Origin: Lingula anatina
Lineage: Eukaryota > Animalia > Brachiopoda
Length of the DNA stretch: 64,000 nucleotides
Reading direction: 5' to 3'
NCBI GenBank assembly: GCA_051362555.1
Contig: CM120647.1
Coordinates: 3,038,001 to 3,102,000 of the forward strand
The position numbers were made by a program, and so were the translations under genes. Positions within the stretch are counted from its first letter, which is position 1. Every line of letters starts with the position of its first letter. The notes beneath the pieces were generated by a model, which was given only the letters and a program-made list of their open reading frames with translations, was not told the origin of the DNA and ran no database searches. Below, piece after piece: positions 36,001-48,000 of the stretch.

Positions 36001-39000
36001 CATGACAAGTTTACTCGGGCGTTAGGGGTGATCTCGGTGTACGCTGGGGTTCTGGTAGACAGAGGCATCTGTTGGTCATGTAACACACACCGTGGTCCTC
36101 AGTACATACCCACAAATCCTGGTATACAGCGACACCTGTTGGTGCTGTAACACACACCGTGGTCCTCAATACATACCCACAAATCCTGTTAGACAGCGAC
36201 ACCTGTTGGTCCTGTAACACACACCGTGGTCCTCAATATATACCCACAAATCCTGGTAGACAGCGACACCTGTTGGTCTTATAACACACACCGTGGTCCT
36301 CAATACATACCCACAAATCCTGTTAGACAGCGACACCAGTTGGCGCTGTAACACATACCGTTGTCCTCAATACATACCCACAAATCCTGGTAGACAGCGA
36401 CACCTGTTGGTCTTATAACACACACCGTGGTCCTCAATACATACCCACAAACCCTGGTAGACAGCGACACCTGTTGGTCCTGTAACACACACCGTGGTCC
36501 TCGTCAGTGCAGTTATTCACATACAGACACGTGGCTGGAATAGAGTACGGCGTTGAAGTTATTAGTTCATTTTAGGAGAGTATGTTCTGTGTGGTATGGC
36601 ACATTACGTTATGCAGCACACACATTCCTCTTCTATACACTTACTCATATTATAGCGTTACTCGTGTGTTGTTGATGCAATGGTATGAAGTTTTCTATCA
36701 AACACAAGAAGAAAAAAGACTTGAGGTCCTGACTGCGATACATTTGTTTATTAACAAGACTGATGCCGTCAGAGGAATGTGTGGTGGTGAGGCGTGGCGA
36801 GCGAAAGGAGAATAAATGCTATACAGTAAGCAACTATGACTATCGTACACAATAGAGTGCCCCAGAAGAGCAATCTAGTGCATACAGTAAACGGGTGTTT
36901 TGTAAGTTCCCTATAGTTACCTTTCTGGTCACAGGCTGTCCCTTCCCAGCCCACAGTACACACGCAGAAACCGCTGTCACACACACCATTGACGCAGGCA
37001 CCACAGGAACCTGTATGAACCGGAGTGATATTGGCGTTAGTATTGTCACTTGTATTATAATTCAAAACATAGCTAAATTTATATAAAAACACTATTATTA
37101 TTATTATTGCACAGAGCAGTGGGTGTCACAGTTTCATACATATTTAAAAACGTGATTTTGTCAAACGCATTTTAGAAACAAAAAGGAAAAGAAAAAAGTG
37201 GAAAAAATATCCAAAAAGACTTTGAATATCTTTTTCCTAAGATATATGTCAAATCTACATGAGGCACTAAATGGCCGCAAATTGTTTCCATAATGTCGAA
37301 AATGGGTTTCTTTTTCTTAATTTAGTCAGGTTTGATAATCTACACGTTTTTAGGCAAAAAAAAGTGATGGAAATATGAAATATTGTATTTTGGTATCTAA
37401 TTTGCATGATTTATGCGTGTCTCTATAGATAATTTTTTTCTTCTTTTGCCCAAGGAACATTCATGCCAAGTTAGACATTTGTACTATAAAATGCAGCGTT
37501 TGACCCCTTAACAAGCCTACTGTATATATATATGTGGGACGTTGTCCAGGGTGACATATAACCTACCTATAGAGCAGTCAGTTCCAGTCCAGCCGTCGTT
37601 ACATTGACAAGTGCTGTTCACACACCTCCCTTTACCATTACACTGACCAGGACAACCTGGCAATAACGTTATATTATAAGACCACAGACACAGATGTGGT
37701 TGTATATGCATGCAGGTATGCATATTATTGGATATGGCAAAGGATATTAATTCAGCAGTTAAAATAACACAAAATAACACGGATATTTATAAATAAGGCA
37801 ATAAAGAATATGTGCACATGGAATTTAATTTATGCGTTTTTAATATCCATTAATATTCTCAGTTCTATCAATTGGTTATTTTATCTGATTGTGCAATTGT
37901 GTCTTTATATTTATCCAACCCTTTACGTGTTGCCAGAATGATTCAACAACAATAATAATAAAAGTCTGATATGGCGTGAATCTGCACACGTACAAAGTAT
38001 GTTACCGTTTTGATACCGTGTATATATATATATATATATATTAGATCGATCCAACTGCACGGGTTCTGGTAGACAGAGGCATATATATATATATATATAT
38101 ATATATAAATTTTTATTTAATTCAAGCGGATTAGGCAAGGAGTGGTGTTAGAGATTCTATATACATGTATATTAATACTCACCTAGTTCATATGTTTCTT
38201 GGTTGGAGAAAGTGATATCTTTCGTGACCACGATGTCATAGACACACTCCTGCAGTAATACACCCTCCAGTCCTTTCCCCTGACATACCGTCTCTGCAGC
38301 CTGAATATTGGGGTAATGACGGTATAGCATTATATAGGTTGCAAATGTTAATGTCACCTACTCGGGCTCATCCTTACACTTACCGACTATGCTACTAATT
38401 TGGATAATCCAATGATTTGGAATTACCACATGTACCCGTTTTCCTTGAATGTACTGAGGTATTTGGATATAACTTCAAGAGCTTTCTAAAACTAGTCGGT
38501 GATGTTAAGCCCCCTTTACCAAAAAATAAATGAAATTCTACATGCAAGCAAGACCTCTTTTAAAACTCAAAAAGAAAAGCTGTCCCTATTTCTCTACGGT
38601 CATATATCTTCATCACCCACCCAAAACGAAAGTATCTTCGAAACTGTTGCAAATTTTCTTTTCTTCTTCTTTCTTTCTGTACTTAAAGTGATAATAACTC
38701 TTCGTTTCTGCCAAAAAATGAATTTTCCTGGAGTAAACAACAATTTTCCCATACTTACCAATGGTTAATGAATCCATTTTTACATTCAAATTCAGTCCCT
38801 GTTTTTTTCTAAAAAGTTTGGTTTTTTGTTAAAATCTCTTAAGAGATTTTAACAGAGTATAGCCATCAATGGAGGTCACGTGGTCTAAAGACAAGCTCAC
38901 ATATCAGAATAATAGCTATAACTGCTGTTTTTGTGGTAAAACAGAATATATTATATTTCTTTGAGTTATTCACAATGTTTTTATTGTGAAATATAGATCT

Positions 39001-42000
39001 CATACGAAGAGTTATTATCCCTTTAACTTGTGTTCCATAATATTTGAAGTTTTACACTTACTCTGTTGTATATATGTATATACCTATCCATTTGTTTTAT
39101 TTATTTACTTATTTAATTTTGTGGAGAGCATATAATGCTTCCAGCGCCTTGCCTCCACTTCATTCTTTTGAATAAACGTTGTTAAAAAAATGTTAAGCAC
39201 AAGTGAAGCAACAATATGTGTTCGAGACGACATTACTTAATCACATAATACATTTTCTTACACCGGTTTCATATTAAGTATCTAATCAGTTTGTTTATCA
39301 TACGTTTACAGTATAATTCTGTATAGACCTTTTTCATCTTTTCCGGAAATGGCAACTGCATTGACGGTAGGGGAGCCCTGCTATGTCGAAACACTTACAG
39401 CGGTGCTAAAAACCATGGCTGAGTTTACGTGCTTTTTGTCCCGCTGCTACAATAACAGTAAGCGAGATCGACACATGAGGTTTAATAAGTTCCCAACAAA
39501 CCCATTAGAATGAAAAATATGGTAGAAAGAAAGGAAAATATAGCAGGTTTGGATCAAAAGCAGGGCACCGCGTTTGCGCTGAACATTTCGAAGGCGGGAA
39601 GAAAAACTATAATATTAGGAGATCAAGACCAGTGAAAAATTTCAACATCATTACTTGCAACATTAGAACTCTGAAGAACAATGAAAGACTTGCAGGATTG
39701 GAAACTGAACTCCAGGACACCGGAGTTAAATGGCATGTGATAGGCTTGTCAGAAATTAGGCGAGCGGAAGAACGCTTAATTACCTTGAATAGCGGACATA
39801 TATTGTACCATACAAATGCTTCAAATGGCCAACAAGGAGTTGGATTTCTGATACACAAGGCGCTAAGCAAGAACATCATCGAGGTAAAGCAAATTAGCGC
39901 AAGGGTGGCTACAGTCAAGCTCAAAGTGAATCAGAGATGAAACTCATTCAGGTATATGCACCAACATCAAGCAGACCAGATGAAGAAGTAGAACAACTGT
40001 ATGAAGAAGTACAGCGTCAGTTGACAACAGACTGACACTACCACATAGTCATGGGTGATTTCAACGCCAAGATCGGGATAAAGTCAGACGAACAAGAGCG
40101 TGCCACAGGGAAATTTGGCAGCGGAGAGAGATGAAGCGCAGCCAAAGGAACAAGCAGGTTTCAGAGGCCAGTACACCACTACTGATCATATGCACACTGT
40201 CAACCAGCTCAAAGAGAAATGTCTCGAGTATAACATTCCACTATGTGAAGCATTCGTTGATTATGAAAAAGCCTTCGACTCCGTAGAAACCCAGTATATA
40301 CTGGCATCCCTGCAAGATCTAGGGATCGAAGATGGATACGTAGACGTCCTCAAAGACATATACACCGATAGCTCTGCAACAGTCAAACTACACAAGACCA
40401 CCAATAAGATCAGGATCAAGAAAGGTGTACGCCAAGGAGATACAATCTCTCCTAAACTGTTCACAGCAGCATTGGAACGTATATTCAGGGATCTAGACTG
40501 GTAAGACAAGGGCATAAACATAGACGGTACCAGGCTCAATCGCCTTAGGTTTGCAGACGACATCATAATAGTAGCAGATGATGCAAAAGACCTAGAAGAA
40601 ATGCTACAGGCGTTAGCAGATGAAAGCGCAAAAAGTGGGCTAAAGATGAACACCAGCAAGACAAAGGTCATGTTTAGACCACTAACCACCCCTTGCACAG
40701 TGAAAGTCAACACCAAAGAGATAGAAGCAGTGGAAGAGTATATATACCTTGGGCAACGGTTCAGCCTTAGTGATCGAACACTGGAGAAAGAAATCCAACG
40801 AAGGATAAAAGCAGGATGGGCAGCATATGGGAAGCACAATGACATCTTCAAGAGCAACCTTCCTACCTGCCTGAAAAAGAAAGTGTTCAATGCTTGTGTG
40901 CTGCCGGCAATCACCTATGGTTCAGAGACCTGGGCACTGAATGCCTCCATGGAACACAAGCTACAAGTAGCTCAGAGAAAGATGGAAAGAATTATGTTGA
41001 ACATCAATCCAAGAGAGCGGAAAACGAATGTATGGTTACGTGAACAGACCAAAGTCAAGGACGTACTACTCACAAATAAAGAAATGAAATGGAGGTGGGC
41101 AGGACATGTCAAAAGAATGAAGGACAATAGGTGGACAATCAGGCTTACAGAATGGACCCCAAGGTATGGACAAAGAAAAAGAGGAAGGCCGGTCAAACGA
41201 TGGAGGGATGAATTAGATGACTACTGGAGGTCTTGGAAGAAGAAACCTTGGCCAAACTGGAAATCTGAGGCTCAGTATAGGAAACAATGGAAAAAGCATG
41301 CTGCGGCCTTTGTCCAACAGTGGAACACTATAGGCTCTAAATGATGATGATGATGATGATGAACGGTGCTTTAATAAAAAACAGAAATGCTTAGTTAATC
41401 AACGGATATAACGAACTATCGGCAAATAGAACTCGGGGATAAACAATGCGAGAAAAAAACATTATAAAGATCTGAAGAAAAAGTTGAAGAATAGGGGCCT
41501 AAAAAGAAAGAAAAGACTTTAAGCATGAGATTATGGAAAAAGAAAGTAAAAGCTGTGAAGTTTTACTCGGGGATTCTACTTACAAAAAATTCAATAACTT
41601 TCACGACTTTGTGTGTAACAACAAAGAGAAGGTTTGAAAAGTTTTGTATGTAATATCCTTTTTGTGTGTGTTTTACTGATAAGTGATCATTTTAAATGTA
41701 GTAGGCCTATCACAGGTTTTAGTCTCTCATAACCCTTAGTAAGGTGGGTTCTATTTTTTTAACGAGAGACGTTAATAAAACTTTTATTGTTGTGTATACG
41801 TATTACTGATTTGTACAAATGGGGCTCATATTATCAAGATCAACAGAGACATACGAAGAAGAAAGTACATCGGCTCTTGTTGAACGCGTTATCGGCAAAA
41901 TAAAAAGTTATTTATTTCTGAATTCAATGACAAGAGAATTGGAAAATTCAATGGGAATATATTGTTAATTTAAAAAAATGCAGAAAAGCCTTTCTGTAAG

Positions 42001-45000
42001 CTACACGTGCATAATGCATGTATTGTAAAGACAAAATGGATAATAAAAATAATCTAACAACGTATTTGTAAAGTCATACAAATATGCTTAGTATTAAAGT
42101 AGGCCTACTACCTGTATATTTAACTGTCTTAGATAGTTGAAAAGTATGAAATGTGTGGAAAACACTTTATTTGAATGATTTTATTGTCTTTGATTGAAAA
42201 CGATGAAAATACGCATGAAAACATTTAAAAATCAAATAATTTGGCCTATTGCTATAATTTTGTTTTTGCTTGACAGTTTTGTTTCAGTTTGACAAAATTT
42301 TCATACTTGTCAGACCGAAAGTCTGACATTTTTTACCTGTTGTAAATTTTGTACATATACATGTACTAGAGTAAGACACGGTAAACTTTAATTATCGTCT
42401 GGGAAAGAGTCGAGAATTCCTGTCTCACCAATTTAACACTTATTAATTAGAAGGTTTTAATTACAGAGGAAAGGTCGTAGTTGAGGCCGCCACCCTTACC
42501 GAACAATTGAACAAGTAACACCTGATGCCTTATCAGGTACCAAACGATTTAATCAGTTCACCGACGAACAATCTGCGTGTCAGTTTTACTTGTATACACA
42601 GTAGGTACGAGTCAAACAATGCAGGGAATCTTTTCATTTTATCATTTCAAAAATCTCTTAAGACATCCTTCAAACAAGACATAAAAATCGTAATGAATTG
42701 ATACTGCCGGTAAATGAGGTGATATCGCCACAGCTTGCATATATACATGTAATATTGTGAAGACGTAGGCCTTCGCACCTGTCCACACTCTTGAAAGCTG
42801 TGTACGAGTCTACTGGCTATTTTGATTTAATATATAAAAAATTACGAGTCTCTTTCGCATATCTTTATTATGGGAAGCATTTAAAAGAACTCTGAAGCTT
42901 TAGTTCGTCATCACTATTTAAAGTGCAGCCAAGGCTCGGACGCTTAGGAGAAGTCTAGTTGTACAGCGCATCGTATTTAAACTGAGAAAAAACATTTAAT
43001 TGCTTGATTCTCCGTCCAAATAGCTCTTGCCTACAGTTTACGCATTGCTGTGCTTCATCCACCTGTTTAGTTTGACAGAAACCAGTGCACGCTTCAAACG
43101 ACCTATTTATATGCGCACCTTGTACATCATCTACACCTAGCATTGCCATGCTGGAAACAGCAGAGGACTACCATGACCCCTGTGGCGCGCGGTTCCTGTC
43201 ATGCGCACTTCGTATTTCCGCAAAAGATGAAAAAGGTTAACTGGTATATACGTATTTGTGATGGACACTGGTCATTTTGACCGCAATGGCTTTAAGCGTT
43301 ATATACAGGTAAGAGGTCACTGACCTTCATCTCAGCCTGTGACACGTTCACGGGACCGTAGGCCGGATTGTATAGACTAGGGTCGGTGTAGGAGGGGTCC
43401 ATGACGTCATCAGCGTGGAAGTTTGAACTGTCCCAGGACCAACTGCCGTATAATCCAGAATCAGAAAATGAAGTACTGATTCTCCCTGTGGTGATAACGA
43501 CAAATGCAAAAATGTTTTCAAAGGAGCAAATGATGAAAATTCGAACAATTAAGACAATGTTTTTGTACACTTATTTCTATATATGCTAAAGAAAATTACG
43601 CATTAATTACAAATCTGATTCTTTTCACCGCTATATACAGTCTATAAACCATATGGTATTTTATCGCCATACTCTGAATTTCAAAGAGAAGAAGTCAAGA
43701 ATAAATATGTAATCAAGCTCATAAGTACATTGATCATTCTCTCTAATAGTTGACGTATTATTTTTTCCTTATGACTCACATGACTCGGCAAATTCCACTG
43801 CCTTGTCCTTGGTGACCACGGTGCCATTGGCCATGGTGAAATCGTTGTCATGGTTGTCGTCCATCAGTCCGCACAGTCCAGTCGTCCGCCCCTTAAAACT
43901 AGCAGTTAGACCAGAACGTACGTTAAGGAAGAGACGCCCCATCACCGGACTGAACCGGACGTCTACTGTGACAGATACACCTGAGGGAAAATAAAGCGTT
44001 GACACAATCAGTGCCAATCACCACAGGCGTGAGGAAAGGAAAGGGGGGAACTATTCAATTGGTCTCAAAGAAGTGTACAGAGTCACTAAACCATGTGTTC
44101 TGTGCCTAGGACTACCATGGTTAAAATACGTAGCTAAGCCTTCCACCCCCCTCCCGGTGTAACGTGAAAGAGAGCCCGCTTCCCATTCATTCATACCAGT
44201 GAGCCTTGCCCATAGATTTTGACCCATTTAGGTCAGGCAAACCCTAACCATTATAACTATACGGAGGGCGGACTTTCTGTTACACGGACCCTCAGTTTCG
44301 TTACACCGGCCTCCAGCGGCTATGCCACACCATATATAGTAGAACACATACCAGTTATTAACTCACAGCCTACATCACATCCAGTGGCTATTATGTATGA
44401 GAATATCCTCTTCAAATTACTCGCATTAAGGTGAAAGAACATAAATATAACAGTCTACATACCGGTGTCATACTGGATTGCAATCATCATCACGGCACCA
44501 GTGGCGTTGTTCCTGACCTTAGCAATGTCTACAATGACGGTGTCGTTGTTAAGCGTCAGTCTTGTGTTGTTTTTGGTTATGCTCTGGACTAGCCCGTCAA
44601 TTCTGAGTAAAAAACAATTATCTAAACATACGTTTATGCGTTTTATATGCCGGGTTTTTCTATATTACCGTGAGGTACATGGCACATGTAGTAAGACGTC
44701 TACAATAACGACCATTTTAATGATATCTTTAAAAAATCCAAGAACAATACATCCATTCGTTTCATTGACCATATGATTGATAAAACAAGCGCAACCATCT
44801 TGCTATTTGTTAGATCCAAAGTTTGATAGAATCTTTCCCGATTTTAATGTCATATTATTCAAAGGCAATGTTACTAGTACACTCTTTATACACATCCAAT
44901 TCACCTTAAAGTAGGAAGAGTGGTTTCAGTAGCAGTGACCGGTGTAGTAATGGTGGCCACACTGTGACCGACCTTGACCGCGGCGGCACCGACCAGTGAC

Positions 45001-48000
45001 GCTTGTTTATAGCCGAAGAACCTGACTTGTACGCCAAAGTCGTTAGCTGTACTCATACAGTCCCAGAACTCCCCGATACCATGGTAGTCGTAGGATATAC
45101 CTTAGGAAACAACGAATTCATACAGTAAGACTCCGTTCACATGGAAAGTCTATTTTCTAAAAAACTATTTTCTATTCGCGGTATCTTGTAATCACGGTCC
45201 CTGTGCCCTGTATATCCCGAGAATTAATTACAGCTTTGGAAGTAACTGGCTCGCGCCGCCAGTAATTACGCTGCGGGATATTCAGGCAGGGCACAGGGAC
45301 CGTGATTACAAGATACCGCGAATAGAAAATAGATTTTTAGAAAATAGACTTGTCATGTGAACGGGGCCTAAGTTATACCATTACTTTAGCAAACGTGGTG
45401 AACAACGGTTATTTCATTTCACGGCGATTTCGAGACGGTATGATTAGATCAAGAAATAAACATCGATGCATACTAAACCTCCGAAGAATTGTAAAGAAAA
45501 ATTATATTATATACGTATACACGTATGGTACAAAAGTGATTAAAAGAACCGCAGTATATTATGACTTTCCAAACATTTTGAAAAACATGTCTAAAGATAA
45601 AGTGAGTTAAATTCAATGAGAAATGTTGACGATGTTCACCCACCATCTGCTGTCTGTAAGTGAGGATCACCTCCCATGTTTCTTGGTATTCTGACATTAC
45701 AACAGACGCCGGTCCAGAATTGGAAACACTCACACCTGGAGCTACAGAAGTACGACTGAAGGGTGCAAACACCATTGCCGAAACATTCTGAAATGCAACA
45801 GGGGTGTTTGTAATGCAAAGGTTATATCTGTTTGTATGAATTCAGCGGCTAGTTCATAGAACATTTAGCAGAGATAAGACACAACCAAATAATGAAGTTG
45901 ATATAATGATAAATAATTTAAAGGAAAAACATTTGTAAAAGTAAAAAATGTAAATAATTATCTTTCATGCTGTGTAAATTCATGCAACCGCGCCAGCCTA
46001 TCGTGCATTTACACTTAAATTTAGGGCGATTCACCTTGCAACCCGTTGTCTGTCTGAAAACTGCATGGTTCACAGTCCGGCTGGTCACACTGCTCTCCAC
46101 GTCGACCTCGTACACAGGCAGGGTACAGTCCACACTGGGTCTTCTCACGACAAACACAACGACAGTCTTCCCACACAGGCTCGTAGGCAGAGTCACACAC
46201 CGGGCAGCTGTAGAAGCAAAAACTAGACATTCAAATCAGATGACTTCAATAGTTCAGAAACTTATAACACGTAACTGTAAATAGTTGCCTCATTACAAGC
46301 AAATTCGATAAATTACAGAATATAACAGGTGTACACGTTTATCAATATAAGTATATGCCTGTCTGTGCCTCTACGTGGGGTGAAATATACTCACATATCA
46401 TTCGGACAGTAACACGTTCCATCACTAGTTATAACCGAGTTCTGGCAGTTTTTACATTCACATGAACAATGACAGCCACCATCAGGTTTAACGGTACCAT
46501 AACCGCCATTTGGACATTCACAGCCACACTAGAAATATACACATTGATATAATGGACAGAAATATAATAACAATTAAATATGGTTTCAAGATCGATATAC
46601 GGATGTCAAAAGCATTAAGTCAGTTAAAGTTGCACTTTGAAATTCACTAAAATACCAACGTTTTGCCTTTGTTCCATTATTTTGAAACATAATCAAAACG
46701 ATAACAATGATGTCTGAATTGCACTGTGCATCGAAATAACTCTATTCAACCATCTTAACAAATTCTTTACATAAAACCTCCATGAAAATTAAAATGAATA
46801 CAACATTTTTATTTTATGAAGATGTACATGTTCTGTACCTCACACGTGCCGTCTGCGTTCATCTCCCGTGGCCAACCGTCCGCACAGTGACATGGACACG
46901 CAGGCTGAGAAGGGTCATCAGTGATCACCTTTTTAGTTTTACCATCCGGACACTTGTCACACTGGCAACTATGGTTATACTGTGAATCATAACCAAATAT
47001 TAACAACTGATTCAATATCATAATATGACTTTCATATTTATATTTCAAAAAATTGCCATCGACTTAAATTTGTAAATGCTTTCTTTGGTTGCTTTCGGCC
47101 ATGAATTAAGTTTTGATGTTGAAAGACTAATTTTATGTCGAGAACGGACATAGAAACGTATTAAGCGATAGAAAATTCCCTGCAACACAAACTTTTTAGT
47201 ATCAGGATTGTCCAGGCAATAAAAACACAAATGACACAATTCACCTCAATACTACTGCTTCCATCAGGACATAGGCAGGTACCGGGTCCAATAGGGCACG
47301 TGCTGGCTACGGTAGCTGGCCTACAGTGCCTGTAATGCCGGTTAAATTATATTTATTAATGATCACCATTCAATGCCATTAATGAATATACCTAAATGTG
47401 GTATAAAAAAGACATAATTTAAGTTCTAATATCATGGCCTCGAATTGATAAGCTGACGCTCTTGGTTAACATTTCTATAACTGTATGGTAATGCACCTTG
47501 GTATTGAAACACCTAACTGTTGGCGCTTAAACTGAAATACGTAATACACACATCAGATATGAAGATGTCAAACACAACGGTTCACACACTTACGCAGAAA
47601 CTTTTACAGCATCAGGAACAAGCACATATTCTTCAAGGCTTCTGAAAATCGAATATGCCGCTTCTAAACGAAGAAACCCAGCGTCTTTTCTGTTCCCTGG
47701 CCCCACTTTGTGGACCACAAGGTGCACGCCCTCATGCCCGGAACAGATCTTAGAACAATTGGTAATGTCCAAACTGTCCGTGATAGGGGCTGTAGTCGTG
47801 TATGTGACAGTCTCAGACTGACTGACAACACCGGGGTCTGAAACAACAATGACATGCTTTCTGCACTCCAATCCCAAATAAGCTCCGTGTATTGTATTCA
47901 CACACTCACGTACGTGCATGCACACCACCTACTACACTTCTACTACACTGCAATACTCTAATAAAGCAGCCATCGCTTAAAGGTACATACGAACCGAGCA

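Noticed and set aside
36011-36488. ORFs of 62-69 aa in the 67-bp array as a repeat protein
   Set aside because: They are frame-rotating products of a non-triplet repeat. Only 36534-36445 has an acceptor and fits the gene.
39401-39407. CGGTGCT as a target-site duplication of the RTE (also at 41364)
   Set aside because: The THAP relic continues to 39610, so the RTE starts later and the 7-bp match is probably chance.
40261-40914. 217-aa minus-strand ORF
   Set aside because: Antisense shadow of the RTE reverse transcriptase.
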